Source of the DNA: Escherichia coli
GTDB taxonomy: Bacteria > Pseudomonadota > Gammaproteobacteria > Enterobacterales > Enterobacteriaceae
Reading direction: 5' to 3' (one strand)
NCBI RefSeq assembly: GCF_044324785.1
Contig: NZ_CP172127.1
DNA: 64,000 nucleotides
This document shows positions 10,373 to 21,599 of this stretch, in pieces. Within the stretch, counting starts at the first letter, position 1. Each line of letters starts with the position of its first letter. The notes below the pieces were generated by a model. That model saw only the letters and a program-made list of their open reading frames with translations. It was not told where the DNA came from and searched no databases. The position numbers and the translations under genes are program-made.

Positions 10373-11161
10373 ATGCAAACGATTATCCGTGTCGAGAAGC
10401 TCGCCAAAACCTTCAATCAGCATCAGGCGCTGCACGCGGTTGATCTGAACATTCATCACGGTGAAATGGTGGCTCTGCTTGGGCCGTCGGGTTCCGGCAA
10501 ATCCACCCTTTTACGTCACTTAAGCGGTTTGATTACCGGCGATAAATCTGCCGGTAGCCATATCGAGCTGCTGGGCCGCACAGTCCAGCGCGAAGGCCGC
10601 CTGGCACGCGATATCCGCAAAAGCCGCGCCAACACCGGCTACATCTTCCAACAATTCAACCTGGTGAATCGCCTGAGCGTACTGGAGAACGTGCTGATTG
10701 GCGCGCTCGGCAGCACGCCATTCTGGCGCACCTGTTTTAGCTACTTCACCCGCGAGCAGAAACAGCGCGCGTTACAGGCGCTGACCCGCGTTGGCATGGT
10801 GCATTTTGCCCATCAGCGCGTTTCCACCCTCTCCGGCGGGCAACAGCAGCGTGTGGCGATTGCCCGCGCGCTGATGCAGCAGGCGAAGGTGATTCTGGCG
10901 GACGAACCCATCGCCTCGCTGGACCCGGAATCAGCGCGCATCGTGATGGACACCCTGCGCGACATCAACCAGAACGACGGCATTACCGTGGTCGTCACGC
11001 TGCATCAGGTGGATTACGCCCTGCGCTACTGCGAACGCATCGTCGCCCTGCGCCAGGGGCACGTCTTCTACGACGGCAGCAGCCAACAGTTTGATAACGA
11101 ACGCTTTGATCATCTCTATCGCAGCATCAACCGCGTCGAAGAGAACGCGAAAGCTGCCTGA
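10373..11161 (+). CDS. phnC: Phosphonate ABC transporter ATP-binding protein PhnC
   Basis: 262 aa; Walker [13 protein letters not shown] signature LSGGQQQR. Confidence 0.93.
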   Translation: MQTIIRVEKLAKTFNQHQALHAVDLNIHHGEMVALLGPSGSGKSTLLRHLSGLITGDKSAGSHIELLGRTVQREGRLARDIRKSRANTGYIFQQFNLVNRLSVLENVLIGALGSTPFWRTCFSYFTREQKQRALQALTRVGMVHFAHQRVSTLSGGQQQRVAIARALMQQAKVILADEPIASLDPESARIVMDTLRDINQNDGITVVVTLHQVDYALRYCERIVALRQGHVFYDGSSQQFDNERFDHLYRSINRVEENAKAA

Positions 11162-11185
11162 CATCCCCATCATTGAGGAAAACGA

Positions 11186-12202
11186 ATGAACGCTAAGATA
11201 ATTGCCTCGCTGGCCTTCACCAGCATGTTCAGCCTCAGCACCCTGTTAAGCCCGGCGCACGCCGAAGAGCAGGAAAAGGCGCTGAATTTCGGCATTATTT
11301 CAACGGAATCACAGCAAAACCTGAAACCGCAATGGACGCCGTTCTTACAGGATATGGAGAAGAAGCTGGGCGTAAAGGTCAACGCCTTCTTTGCCCCGGA
11401 CTACGCGGGCATTATCCAGGGGATGCGCTTCAATAAAGTGGATATCGCCTGGTACGGCAACCTGTCTGCGATGGAAGCGGTGGATCGCGCCAACGGTCAG
11501 GTCTTCGCCCAGACAGTCGCGGCGGATGGATCGCCAGGTTACTGGAGCGTGTTGATCGTCAACAAAGACAGTCCGATCAACAACCTGAACGATCTGCTGG
11601 CGAAGCGTAAAAATCTCACCTTTGGCAATGGCGATCCTAACTCCACCTCTGGCTTCCTCGTCCCCGGCTACTACGTCTTCGCCAAAAACAATATCTCCGC
11701 CAGCGACTTCAAGCGCACCGTCAACGCCGGGCATGAAACCAACGCGCTGGCCGTCGCCAACAAGCAGGTGGATGTGGCGACCAACAACACCGAGAACCTC
11801 GACAAGTTGAAAACCTCCGCACCGGAGAAGCTCAAAGAGCTGAAAGTGATCTGGAAATCGCCGCTGATCCCAGGCGATCCGATCGTCTGGCGCAAAAATC
11901 TGTCCGAAACCACCAAAGACAAGATCTACGACTTCTTTATGAACTACGGCAAAACGCCGGAAGAGAAAGCGGTGCTGGAGCGCCTGGGATGGGCCCCGTT
12001 CCGCGCCTCCAGCGACCTGCAACTGGTGCCGATTCGCCAACTCGCACTGTTTAAAGAGATGCAGGGCGTAAAAGGTAATAAAGGGCTGAATGAGCAGGAC
12101 AAGCTGGCAAAAACCAGCGCCATTCAGGCGCAACTGGATGACCTGGACCGCCTGAACAACGCGTTAAGCGCGATGAGTTCGGTGAGTAAAGCGGTGCAGT
12201 AA
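11186..12202 (+). CDS. phnD: Phosphonate ABC transporter periplasmic binding protein PhnD
   Basis: 338 aa with signal peptide (…LLSPAHAEEQ). Confidence 0.92.
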   Translation: MNAKIIASLAFTSMFSLSTLLSPAHAEEQEKALNFGIISTESQQNLKPQWTPFLQDMEKKLGVKVNAFFAPDYAGIIQGMRFNKVDIAWYGNLSAMEAVDRANGQVFAQTVAADGSPGYWSVLIVNKDSPINNLNDLLAKRKNLTFGNGDPNSTSGFLVPGYYVFAKNNISASDFKRTVNAGHETNALAVANKQVDVATNNTENLDKLKTSAPEKLKELKVIWKSPLIPGDPIVWRKNLSETTKDKIYDFFMNYGKTPEEKAVLERLGWAPFRASSDLQLVPIRQLALFKEMQGVKGNKGLNEQDKLAKTSAIQAQLDDLDRLNNALSAMSSVSKAVQ

Positions 12203-12209
12203 ATCGTAA

Positions 12210-12295
12210 GTCGGATAAGACGCCACGGCGTCGCATCCGACAATGTGCAGACGTTGATGCCGGATGCGGTGCAAGCACCTTATCCGGCCTACAGA
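12210..12295. repeat. REP/BIME palindromic repeats inside the phn operon (phnD-phnE spacer)
   Basis: gtcggataagacgccacggcgtcgcatccgaca ... gccggatgcggtgcaagcaccttatccggcc. Confidence 0.8.
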
Positions 12296-12307
12296 CCGGA
12301 GCCAAAC

Positions 12308-13087
12308 ATGCAAACCATCACCATCGCCCCACCCAAGCGCAGCTGGTTCTCGCTTCTGAGCTGGGCCGTTGTTCTCGCCGTGCTGGTCGTCTCGTGGCAG
12401 GGCGCGGAAATGGCCCCGCTCACGCTTATCAAAGACGGCGGCAACATGGCGACGTTCGCCGCCGACTTCTTCCCGCCCGATTTCAGCCAGTGGCAGGATT
12501 ACCTCACCGAAATGGCCGTCACGCTGCAAATCGCCGTCTGGGGCACCGCGCTGGCGGTGGTTCTCTCCATCCCCTTTGGCCTGATGAGCGCCGAAAACCT
12601 GGTGCCGTGGTGGGTTTACCAGCCCGTACGCCGCCTGATGGACGCCTGCCGCGCCATTAACGAGATGGTCTTCGCCATGCTGTTCGTGGTCGCCGTCGGT
12701 CTCGGTCCGTTCGCTGGCGTACTGGCGCTGTTTATCCACACCACCGGCGTGCTCTCCAAACTGCTTTCCGAAGCGGTAGAAGCAATTGAACCCGGTCCGG
12801 TGGAAGGTATTCGCGCCACCGGTGCCAACAAGCTCGAAGAGATCCTCTACGGCGTGCTGCCGCAGGTGATGCCGCTGCTGATCTCCTACTCCCTCTATCG
12901 CTTCGAATCCAACGTCCGTTCGGCCACCGTTGTTGGCATGGTCGGCGCGGGCGGGATCGGCGTCACCCTGTGGGAAGCGATTCGCGGTTTCCAGTTCCAG
13001 CAAACCTGCGCCCTGATGGTGCTGATTATCGTCACGGTCAGCCTGCTGGATTTCCTCTCTCAACGGTTGCGTAAGCACTTTATCTGA
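12308..13087 (+). CDS. phnE: Phosphonate ABC transporter permease PhnE (intact reading frame)
   Basis: 259 aa from ATG 12308 ([14 protein letters not shown]...), multi-TM permease; the ORF-track 5' extension from 12245 reads through the REP. Confidence 0.88.
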
Positions 13088-13107
13088 TAAGCGAGGCATT
13101 GATATCT

Positions 13108-13833
13108 ATGCACTTGTCTACACATCCGACCAGCTACCCAACACGCTATCAGGAGATAGCCGCAAAACTTGAGCAGGAGCTTCGTCAACACTACCGCTGC
13201 GGCGACTATCTTCCCGCCGAGCAGCAACTGGCGGCGCGCTTTGAGGTGAACCGCCACACCCTGCGCCGCGCCATCGACCAACTGGTGGAAAAAGGCTGGG
13301 TACAGCGCCGTCAGGGCGTCGGCGTGCTGGTGCTGATGCGCCCGTTCGATTACCCGCTCAACGCCCAGGCGCGTTTTAGCCAGAACCTGCTGGATCAGGG
13401 CAGCCATCCCACCAGCGAAAAACTGCTGTCTGTGCTGCGCCCGGCCTCCGGTCACGTCGCTGACGCGCTGGGGATAACCGAGGGCGAGAACGTTATCCAC
13501 CTGCGCACCCTGCGCCGGGTCAACGGCGTCGCGCTCTGTTTAATCGACCACTACTTTGCGGACCTCACCCTCTGGCCGACGCTGCAACGCTTCGACAGCG
13601 GCTCGCTGCACGATTTTCTGCGCGAGCAAACGGGGATTGCGCTGCGCCGCAGCCAGACGCGGATCAGCGCCCGCCGCGCCCAGGCCAAAGAGTGCCAGCG
13701 TCTTGAAATCCCGAATATGTCGCCGTTGCTGTGCGTGCGCACCCTTAACCACCATGACGGTGAAAGCAGCCCGGCGGAGTACTCCGTCAGCCTGACGCGC
13801 GCCGACATGATTGAATTCACTATGGAGCACTGA
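13108..13833 (+). CDS. phnF: GntR-family transcriptional regulator PhnF
   Basis: 241 aa from ATG 13108; N-terminal HTH, UTRA-like C-terminus. Confidence 0.9.
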   Translation: MHLSTHPTSYPTRYQEIAAKLEQELRQHYRCGDYLPAEQQLAARFEVNRHTLRRAIDQLVEKGWVQRRQGVGVLVLMRPFDYPLNAQARFSQNLLDQGSHPTSEKLLSVLRPASGHVADALGITEGENVIHLRTLRRVNGVALCLIDHYFADLTLWPTLQRFDSGSLHDFLREQTGIALRRSQTRISARRAQAKECQRLEIPNMSPLLCVRTLNHHDGESSPAEYSVSLTRADMIEFTMEH

Positions 13834-14286
13834 ATGCACGCAGATACCGCGACCCGCCAGCACTGGATGTCCGTACTGGCACACAGCCAACCGGCTGAAC
13901 TGGCAGCCCGCCTGAAGGCGCTGAACATCACCGCCGACTATGAGGTGATCCGCGCCGCCGAAACTGGCCTGGTGCAGATTCAGGCGCGGATGGGTGGCAC
14001 CGGCGAACGCTTTTTTGCTGGCGACGCCACGCTCACCCGCGCCGCCGTACGCCTGACTGACGGCACGCTCGGCTACAGCTGGGTGCTGGGGCGCGACAAA
14101 CAGCACGCCGAACGCTGCGCGCTGATCGACGCGCTGATGCAGCAAACCCGCCATTTTCAAAACTTATCAGAAACTCTTATTGCCCCGCTGGACGCTGACC
14201 GTATGGCACGCATTGCCGCACGCCAGGCCGAAGTGAACGCCAGCCGGGTCGACTTCTTTACGATGGTTCGCGGAGACAACGCATGA
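13834..14286 (+). CDS. phnG: C-P lyase complex subunit PhnG
   Basis: 150 aa; operon position. Confidence 0.9.
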   Translation: MHADTATRQHWMSVLAHSQPAELAARLKALNITADYEVIRAAETGLVQIQARMGGTGERFFAGDATLTRAAVRLTDGTLGYSWVLGRDKQHAERCALIDALMQQTRHFQNLSETLIAPLDADRMARIAARQAEVNASRVDFFTMVRGDNA

Positions 14287-14867
14287 CCCTGGAAACCGCT
14301 TTTATGCTTCCCGTGCAGGATGCCCAGCACAGTTTTCGTCGCCTGTTAAAGGCCATGAGCGAGCCGGGCGTGATTGTCGCCCTGCATCAGCTCAAGCGCG
14401 GCTGGCAGCCGCTGAATATCGCCACCACCAGCGTGCTGCTGACGCTGGCCGATAACGACACGCCGGTGTGGCTTTCTGCGCCATTAAGTAACGATATCGT
14501 CAGCCAGAGCCTGCGTTTTCATACCAACGCGCCGCTGGTCAGCCAGCCGGAACAGGCGACCTTCGCGGTAACGGATGAGGCGATTTCCAGCGAACAGCTC
14601 AACGCCCTTTCCACCGGCACCGCCGTTGCGCCAGAAGCGGGCGCGACGCTGATTTTACAGGTCGCCAGCCTGAGCGGCGGGCGCATGCTGCGCCTTACTG
14701 GCGCGGGCATTGCCGAAGAACGAATGATCGCCCCGCAGCTGCCAGAGTGCATTCTGCACGAACTCACCGAGCGCCCGCACCCGTTCCCGCTCGGCATCGA
14801 CCTGATCCTGACCTGCGGCGAGCGCCTGCTGGCTATCCCACGAACCACTCATGTGGAGGTGTGCTGA
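14283..14867 (+). CDS. phnH: C-P lyase complex subunit PhnH
   Basis: 194 aa; ATGA overlap with phnG and phnI. Confidence 0.9.
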   Translation: MTLETAFMLPVQDAQHSFRRLLKAMSEPGVIVALHQLKRGWQPLNIATTSVLLTLADNDTPVWLSAPLSNDIVSQSLRFHTNAPLVSQPEQATFAVTDEAISSEQLNALSTGTAVAPEAGATLILQVASLSGGRMLRLTGAGIAEERMIAPQLPECILHELTERPHPFPLGIDLILTCGERLLAIPRTTHVEVC

Positions 14868-15931
14868 TGTACGTTGCCGTGAAAGGGGGCGAGAAGGCGA
14901 TCGACGCCGCCCACGCCCTGCAAGAGAGCCGACGCCGGGGCGATACCGATTTGCCCGAACTGAGCGTCGCCCAGATTGAACAGCAGCTTAACCTCGCGGT
15001 AGATCGCGTGATGACCGAAGGCGGCATTGCCGACCGCGAACTGGCGGCGCTGGCGCTGAAACAGGCCAGCGGCGATAACGTCGAAGCAATTTTCCTGCTG
15101 CGCGCCTACCGCACCACGCTGGCGAAGCTCGCGGTAAGCGAGCCGCTCGACACCACGGAGATGCGTCTCGAACGGCGTATTTCAGCGGTTTATAAAGATA
15201 TTCCCGGCGGCCAGCTGCTTGGCCCAACCTACGACTACACCCATCGCCTGCTCGATTTCACCCTGCTGGCAAACGGCGAAGCGCCGACGCTGACCACAGC
15301 CGACAGCGAACAACAGCCGTCGCCGCACGTTTTCAGCCTGCTGGCGCGTCAGGGGCTGGCGAAGTTTGAAGAAGATAGCGGCGCACAGCCGGACGACATC
15401 ACCCGCACGCCGCCGGTTTACCCCTGCTCACGCTCCTCCCGCCTGCAACAATTAATGCGCGGCGACGAAGGCTATTTGCTGGCACTGGCCTACTCCACCC
15501 AGCGTGGTTACGGACGCAATCATCCGTTCGCAGGCGAAATCCGCAGTGGCTATATCGACGTGTCGATTGTGCCGGAAGAGCTGGGATTTGCGGTGAACGT
15601 CGGCGAACTGCTGATGACCGAATGTGAAATGGTCAACGGTTTTATCGACCCGCCGGATGAGCCGCCGCACTTCACGCGCGGCTACGGGCTGGTGTTCGGC
15701 ATGAGCGAGCGCAAAGCGATGGCGATGGCGCTGGTTGACCGCGCTCTGCAAGCCCCGGAGTACGGCGAGCACGCGACAGGCCCGGCGCAGGATGAAGAGT
15801 TCGTGCTGGCGCATGCCGACAACGTCGAAGCCGCAGGCTTTGTCTCGCACCTTAAACTCCCGCACTACGTCGATTTCCAGGCCGAACTGGAGCTACTCAA
15901 ACGTCTGCAACAGGAGCAGAACCATGGCTAA
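14867..15931 (+). CDS. phnI: C-P lyase complex subunit PhnI
   Basis: 354 aa from ATG 14867 ([12 protein letters not shown]...) overlapping the phnH stop. Confidence 0.9.
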   Translation: MYVAVKGGEKAIDAAHALQESRRRGDTDLPELSVAQIEQQLNLAVDRVMTEGGIADRELAALALKQASGDNVEAIFLLRAYRTTLAKLAVSEPLDTTEMRLERRISAVYKDIPGGQLLGPTYDYTHRLLDFTLLANGEAPTLTTADSEQQPSPHVFSLLARQGLAKFEEDSGAQPDDITRTPPVYPCSRSSRLQQLMRGDEGYLLALAYSTQRGYGRNHPFAGEIRSGYIDVSIVPEELGFAVNVGELLMTECEMVNGFIDPPDEPPHFTRGYGLVFGMSERKAMAMALVDRALQAPEYGEHATGPAQDEEFVLAHADNVEAAGFVSHLKLPHYVDFQAELELLKRLQQEQNHG

Positions 15932-16769
15932 TCTGAGCGGCTACAACTTTGCCTACCTCGACGAGCAGACCAAACGCATGATCCGCCGCGCCATCTTAAA
16001 AGCGGTGGCGATCCCCGGTTATCAGGTGCCGTTTGGCGGGCGCGAGATGCCGATGCCATACGGCTGGGGAACTGGTGGTATCCAGCTTACCGCCAGCGTG
16101 ATTGGCGAAAGCGACGTGTTGAAGGTGATTGACCAGGGCGCGGATGACACCACCAACGCCGTGTCGATTCGCAACTTCTTTAAGCGCGTGACCGGGGTAA
16201 ACACCACTGAACGTACGGACGATGCGACGCTTATCCAGACGCGTCACCGCATCCCCGAAACGCCGCTGACCGAAGATCAGATCATTATCTTCCAGGTGCC
16301 AATCCCGGAACCGCTGCGCTTTATCGAGCCGCGCGAAACGGAAACCCGCACTATGCACGCGCTGGAGGAGTACGGCGTGATGCAGGTGAAACTGTATGAA
16401 GATATCGCCCGCTTCGGTCATATCGCCACCACTTATGCCTATCCGGTGAAGGTGAACGGGCGCTACGTGATGGACCCGTCGCCGATCCCGAAATTCGATA
16501 ACCCCAAAATGGACATGATGCCCGCCCTGCAGCTGTTCGGCGCAGGACGCGAGAAGCGCATCTATGCGGTGCCGCCGTTTACCCGCGTGGAAAGCCTCGA
16601 TTTCGACGATCACCCGTTCACCGTTCAACAGTGGGATGAGCCGTGCGCCATCTGCGGATCGACCCACAGCTATCTCGACGAAGTGGTACTGGATGACGCC
16701 GGAAACCGCATGTTTGTCTGCTCCGATACCGATTATTGCCGCCAACAGAGCGAGGCAAAAAACCAATGA
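15924..16769 (+). CDS. phnJ: C-P lyase core subunit PhnJ
   Basis: 281 aa from ATG 15924 (MANLSGYNFAYLDEQTKRMIRR...), C-terminal Cys cluster CAICGS...C. Confidence 0.9.
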   Translation: MANLSGYNFAYLDEQTKRMIRRAILKAVAIPGYQVPFGGREMPMPYGWGTGGIQLTASVIGESDVLKVIDQGADDTTNAVSIRNFFKRVTGVNTTERTDDATLIQTRHRIPETPLTEDQIIIFQVPIPEPLRFIEPRETETRTMHALEEYGVMQVKLYEDIARFGHIATTYAYPVKVNGRYVMDPSPIPKFDNPKMDMMPALQLFGAGREKRIYAVPPFTRVESLDFDDHPFTVQQWDEPCAICGSTHSYLDEVVLDDAGNRMFVCSDTDYCRQQSEAKNQ

Positions 16770-17524
16770 ATCAACCGTTACTTTCGGTCAATAACCTGAC
16801 CCACCTTTACGCGCCGGGCAAAGGCTTTAGCGATGTCTCTTTTGATTTATGGCCGGGGGAAGTGCTGGGCATCGTCGGGGAGTCCGGCTCCGGGAAGACC
16901 ACGCTGCTGAAATCAATCTCCGCGCGCCTGACGCCGCAGCAGGGGGAGATTCGCTATGAAAACCGCTCCCTCTATGGCATGAGCGAAGCCGACCGCCGCC
17001 GTTTACTGCGCACCGAATGGGGCGTGGTACATCAGCATCCGCTCGACGGCCTGCGCCGCCAGGTGTCGGCAGGCGGCAATATCGGCGAGCGGCTGATGGC
17101 GACCGGGGCGCGTCATTACGGCGACATCCGCGCCACCGCGCAGAAGTGGCTGGAGGAGGTGGAGATTCCCTCCAACCGGATCGACGACCTGCCGACCACC
17201 TTTTCCGGCGGTATGCAGCAACGTTTGCAGATTGCCCGCAACCTGGTGACGCATCCGAAGCTGGTGTTTATGGACGAGCCAACCGGCGGGCTGGATGTAT
17301 CGGTACAGGCGCGCCTGCTCGATCTGCTGCGCGGTCTGGTGGTGGAGCTGAATCTGGCGGTGGTGATTGTCACCCACGATCTGGGCGTCGCCCGCCTGCT
17401 GGCGGACCGTTTGCTGGTGATGAAACAGGGGCAAGTGGTGGAGAGTGGGTTAACCGACCGCGTGCTCGACGACCCGCATCATCCGTATACCCAGCTGCTG
17501 GTGTCATCGGTTTTGCAGAATTGA
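16766..17524 (+). CDS. phnK: C-P lyase system ABC-type ATPase PhnK
   Basis: 252 aa; Walker A GESGSGKTT; ATGA overlap with phnJ. Confidence 0.9.
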   Translation: MNQPLLSVNNLTHLYAPGKGFSDVSFDLWPGEVLGIVGESGSGKTTLLKSISARLTPQQGEIRYENRSLYGMSEADRRRLLRTEWGVVHQHPLDGLRRQVSAGGNIGERLMATGARHYGDIRATAQKWLEEVEIPSNRIDDLPTTFSGGMQQRLQIARNLVTHPKLVFMDEPTGGLDVSVQARLLDLLRGLVVELNLAVVIVTHDLGVARLLADRLLVMKQGQVVESGLTDRVLDDPHHPYTQLLVSSVLQN

Positions 17525-17617
17525 GCCAGTGCCGGATACGGCGTAAACGCCTTATCCGGCCGACAAATGCGCTCCCCGTAGGTCGGATAAGACACGTCAG
17601 CGTCGCATCCGACACCT
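17525..17617. repeat. REP/BIME palindromic repeats in the phnK-phnL spacer
   Basis: gccggatacggcgtaaacgccttatccggcc ... gtcggataagacacgtcagcgtcgcatccgaca. Confidence 0.8.
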
Positions 17618-17634
17618 GAACCACGAGGCGAAAA

Positions 17635-18315
17635 ATGATTAACGTACAAAACGTCAGTAAAACCTTCATCCTGCACCAGCAAAACGGCGTGCGCCTGCCC
17701 GTCTTACAACGTGCCTCGCTCACCGTCAACGCAGGCGAATGCGTGGTGCTTCACGGCCACTCCGGCAGCGGAAAATCAACCCTGCTGCGCTCGCTGTACG
17801 CCAACTATCTGCCCGACGAAGGGCAAATCCAGATCAAACACGGTGACGAATGGGTCGATCTGGTCACCGCGCCAGCGCGCAAAGTGGTGGAGATCCGCAA
17901 AACCACCATCGGCTGGGTGAGCCAGTTTCTGCGCGTCATCCCGCGTATTTCGGCACTGGAAGTGGTGATGCAGCCGCTGCTCGATACCGGCGTACCGCGT
18001 GAAGCCTGCGCCGCTAAAGCCGCCCGATTACTGACGCGCCTGAACGTGCCTGAACGCCTGTGGCACCTGGCACCATCGACCTTCTCCGGCGGCGAACAGC
18101 AGCGCGTCAACATCGCGCGCGGTTTTATCGTCGACTATCCGATTCTGCTGCTGGATGAACCCACCGCCTCGCTGGACGCTAAAAACAGCGCCGCGGTGGT
18201 GGAACTAATTCGCGAAGCCAAAGCCCGTGGCGCGGCCATCGTCGGTATCTTCCATGACGAAGCCGTACGCAATGACGTCGCCGACCGCCTGCACCCAATG
18301 GGAGTCTCTTCATGA
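17635..18315 (+). CDS. phnL: C-P lyase system ABC-type ATPase PhnL
   Basis: 226 aa; Walker [10 protein letters not shown]. Confidence 0.9.
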   Translation: MINVQNVSKTFILHQQNGVRLPVLQRASLTVNAGECVVLHGHSGSGKSTLLRSLYANYLPDEGQIQIKHGDEWVDLVTAPARKVVEIRKTTIGWVSQFLRVIPRISALEVVMQPLLDTGVPREACAAKAARLLTRLNVPERLWHLAPSTFSGGEQQRVNIARGFIVDYPILLLDEPTASLDAKNSAAVVELIREAKARGAAIVGIFHDEAVRNDVADRLHPMGVSS

Positions 18316-19448
18316 TTATCAATAACGTCAAACTGGTGCTGGAAAACGAAGTGGTGCACGGTTCACTGGAAGTACAGGATGGCGAAATTCGCGCCTTTGC
18401 CGAAAGCCAGAGCCGCCAGCCGGAAGCGATGGACGGCGAAGGTGGCTGGCTACTACCCGGCCTGATTGAGCTGCATACCGACAACCTCGATAAATTCTTC
18501 ACCCCGCGCCCGAAAGTCGACTGGCCCGCCCATTCGGCGATGAGCAGCCACGACGCGCTGATGGTGGCAAGCGGCATCACCACCGTACTGGACGCCGTGG
18601 CGATTGGTGATGTGCGCGACGGCGGCGATCGGCTGGAGAATCTGGAGAAGATGATCAACGCCATCGAAGAGACGCAGAAACGCGGCGTCAACCGCGCCGA
18701 GCACCGCCTGCACCTGCGCTGCGAACTGCCGCACCACACCACGTTGCCGCTGTTTGAAAAACTGGTGCAGCGCGAACCGGTGACGCTGGTATCGCTGATG
18801 GACCACTCGCCAGGCCAGCGCCAGTTCGCCAATCGCGAGAAGTATCGCGAATATTATCAGGGCAAATATTCCCTCACCGATGCGCAGATGCAGCAGTACG
18901 AAGAAGAGCAATTGGCGCTCGCCGCACGCTGGTCACAACCTAATCGCGAAACCATCGCCGCAATGTGCCGCGCGCGACACATTGCCCTCGCCAGCCACGA
19001 TGACGCCACGCACGCCCACGTTGCCGAATCCCACCAGCTTGGCAGCGTGATCGCCGAATTTCCCACTACGTTCGAAGCGGCACAAGCCTCGCGCAAGCAT
19101 GGCATGAACGTGCTGATGGGCGCGCCGAATATCGTGCGCGGCGGTTCGCACTCCGGCAACGTGGCGGCCAGTGAACTGGCGCAGCTTGGCCTGCTGGATA
19201 TCCTCTCTTCCGACTACTACCCCGCCAGCCTGCTCGATGCGGCATTTCGCGTCGCCGATGACGAGAGCAACCGCTTTACGCTGCCGCAGGCGGTGAAGCT
19301 GGTGACTAAAAATCCGGCGCAGGCGCTTAATCTTCAGGATCGCGGGGTGATTGGCGAGGGCAAACGCGCCGACCTGGTGCTGGCGCATCGCAAGGGCAAC
19401 CACATTCATATCGACCACGTCTGGCGTCAGGGTAAAAGGGTGTTCTGA
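18312..19448 (+). CDS. phnM: Amidohydrolase-family enzyme PhnM
   Basis: 378 aa; metal-dependent hydrolase fold, HTD motif. Confidence 0.9.
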   Translation: MIINNVKLVLENEVVHGSLEVQDGEIRAFAESQSRQPEAMDGEGGWLLPGLIELHTDNLDKFFTPRPKVDWPAHSAMSSHDALMVASGITTVLDAVAIGDVRDGGDRLENLEKMINAIEETQKRGVNRAEHRLHLRCELPHHTTLPLFEKLVQREPVTLVSLMDHSPGQRQFANREKYREYYQGKYSLTDAQMQQYEEEQLALAARWSQPNRETIAAMCRARHIALASHDDATHAHVAESHQLGSVIAEFPTTFEAAQASRKHGMNVLMGAPNIVRGGSHSGNVAASELAQLGLLDILSSDYYPASLLDAAFRVADDESNRFTLPQAVKLVTKNPAQALNLQDRGVIGEGKRADLVLAHRKGNHIHIDHVWRQGKRVF

Positions 19449-20005
19449 TGACGGGAAAACTGATTTGGTTAATGGGGGCCTCTGGCTCCGGAAAAGACAG
19501 TCTGTTGACGGAACTCCGCCAGCGGGAACAAACTCAGTTACTGGTGGCGCATCGCTACATCACGCGCGATGCCAGCGCCGGAAGCGAAAATCATATCGCC
19601 CTGAGCGAGCAGGAGTTTTTTACCCGCGCGGGGCAAAATCTGCTGGCCTTAAGCTGGCACGCCAACGGCCTGTATTATGGCATCGGCGTCGAGATTGACC
19701 TCTGGCTGCACGCTGGATTTGACGTGGTGGTCAACGGCTCACGCGCCCATCTGCCGCAGGCGCGGGCGCGCTATCAATCGGCGCTGCTGCCCGTTTGTTT
19801 ACAGGTTTCGCCAGAGATCCTGCGCCAGCGCCTGGAAAACCGTGGTCGTGAAAATGCCAGTGAAATTAACGCCCGACTAGCACGCGCTGCCCGCTATACT
19901 CCTCAGGATTGCCATACGCTCAATAATGACGGCAGCCTGCGCCAGTCGGTCGACACGCTGCTGACGCTGATTCATCAGAAGGAGAAACACCATGCCTGCT
20001 TGTGA
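19448..20005 (+). CDS. phnN: Ribose 1,5-bisphosphate phosphokinase PhnN
   Basis: 185 aa; P-loop GASGSGKDS. Confidence 0.9.
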
Positions 20006-20426
20006 GCTTCGCCCGGCTACGCAGTACGACACCGACGCAGTTTACGCGCTGATTTGTGAGCTAAAACAGGCGGAGTTTGACCACCACGCGTTTCGCGTGG
20101 GCTTTAACGCCAACCTGCGCGACCCAAACATGCGCTACCATCTGGCGCTACTGGATGGCGAAGTTGTCGGCATGATCGGCCTGCATTTGCAGTTTCATCT
20201 GCATCATGTCAACTGGATCGGCGAAATTCAGGAGTTGGTGGTGATGCCGCAGGCGCGCGGCCTGAACGTCGGTAGCAAGTTGCTGGCGTGGGCAGAAGAA
20301 GAAGCCCGCCAGGCCGGGGCCGAAATGACCGAGCTTTCGACCAACGTGAAGCGCCACGACGCGCACCGTTTCTATCTGCGAGAAGGCTACGAGCAGAGTC
20401 ACTTCCGCTTCACCAAGGCGCTGTAA
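19992..20426 (+). CDS. phnO: GNAT acetyltransferase PhnO
   Basis: 144 aa; overlaps phnN 3' end. Confidence 0.9.
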
Positions 20427-20427
20427 C

Positions 20428-21186
20428 ATGAGCCTGACCCTCACACTTACTGGCACTGGCGGCGCACAGGGCGTTCCCGCATGGGGCTGTGAGTGCGTGG
20501 CCTGCGTCAGAGCGCGGCGCTCACCGCAGTATCGCCGCCAGCCATGTAGCGGCGTCGTGAAGTTTAACGACGCGATCACCCTGATCGACGCCGGGCTGCA
20601 CGATCTCGCCGATCGCTGGTCGCCCGGATCGTTCCAGCAGTTTTTGCTGACGCACTACCATATGGATCACGTGCAGGGACTGTTTCCGCTGCGCTGGGGC
20701 GTGGGCGATCAGATCCCGGTCTACGGCCCGCCGGATGAACAGGGCTGCGACGATCTGTTTAAACATTCGGGCCTGCTTGATTTCAGCCACACGGTGGAGC
20801 CATTTGTGATGTTTGATTTGCAGGGATTACAGGTCACGCCGCTGCCGCTCAACCATTCGAAACTCACTTTCGGCTATCTACTGGAAACGGCACATAGCCG
20901 GGTGGCGTGGCTGTCTGACACCGCAGGCCTGCCGGAAAAAACGCTGAAATTTTTACGCAATAATCAGCCACAGGTAATGGTGATTGATTGCAGCCACCCA
21001 CCGCGCGAGGATGCACCGCGTAATCACTGTGATTTAAATACCGTGCTTGCGCTGAATCAGGTTATCCGCTCGCCACGGGTGATTCTGACTCATATCAGCC
21101 ACCAGTTTGATGCGTGGCTGATGGAAAACGCACTGCCGTCGGGGTTTGAGGCGGGGTTTGATGGGATGGAGATTGGGGTGGCGTGA
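20428..21186 (+). CDS. phnP: Metallo-beta-lactamase-fold phosphodiesterase PhnP
   Basis: 252 aa; HxHxDH motif ([10 protein letters not shown]). Confidence 0.9.
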   Translation: MSLTLTLTGTGGAQGVPAWGCECVACVRARRSPQYRRQPCSGVVKFNDAITLIDAGLHDLADRWSPGSFQQFLLTHYHMDHVQGLFPLRWGVGDQIPVYGPPDEQGCDDLFKHSGLLDFSHTVEPFVMFDLQGLQVTPLPLNHSKLTFGYLLETAHSRVAWLSDTAGLPEKTLKFLRNNQPQVMVIDCSHPPREDAPRNHCDLNTVLALNQVIRSPRVILTHISHQFDAWLMENALPSGFEAGFDGMEIGVA

Positions 21187-21220
21187 TGGGTGAGGGGCGA
21201 TGCCTGCTCTAAACTCAACA

Positions 21221-21550
21221 TCACCGCCCATACTCATCTTCCATTCTCCGCTCTTCATCCTCCAGTTGCCGACGCTCCTGATCAAGCTGGCGCTGGCGAT
21301 CGTCCAGCTGCCTGCGGCGATCTTCAAACTGGCGGCGGCGATCGTCATATTGTCTGCGCCGATCGTCGTTCACTTCACGCTGCCAGCCGTCGTCGCGCGA
21401 ATCTTCATAGTCTCGCCCACGGTCAGGGTTATAAGCATCGTTAATCGCCTGCTGAATATTGCCAATGGTGTCGTCGATAATATCGGCCTGGGCCGGAACG
21501 GTGGACAGCGTGAGCAGGGTGAATAAAAGAAATAGCGGAAAACGTTTCAT
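21221..21550 (-). CDS. yjdP: Secreted low-complexity heptad-repeat protein YjdP
   Basis: 109 aa, signal peptide then six heptads DDRRRQY / DDRRRQF / EDRRRQL ... Confidence 0.85.
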   Translation of the reverse strand: MKRFPLFLLFTLLTLSTVPAQADIIDDTIGNIQQAINDAYNPDRGRDYEDSRDDGWQREVNDDRRRQYDDRRRQFEDRRRQLDDRQRQLDQERRQLEDEERRMEDEYGR

Positions 21551-21599
21551 TAGCCAACCTCAAAAAGAAACTCTATCCACATTAGTCATTACTCATCCA

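Noticed and set aside
11345-13099. Long antisense ORFs opposite phnD and phnE (262 aa and 311 aa)
   Set aside because: Their products are low-complexity (G/R/H/D-rich) and lie entirely within well-supported genes on the other strand; typical shadow ORFs of GC-rich coding DNA.
14747-14866. 5' extensions in the ORF track (phnI from 14747, phnJ from 15735, phnE from 12245, yjcH from 42735, aphA to 59192, tyrB to 61329, eptA from 400)
   Set aside because: The extensions run through the upstream gene, REP elements or intergenic DNA; the internal starts give the expected protein lengths and N-termini with proper RBS or translational coupling.
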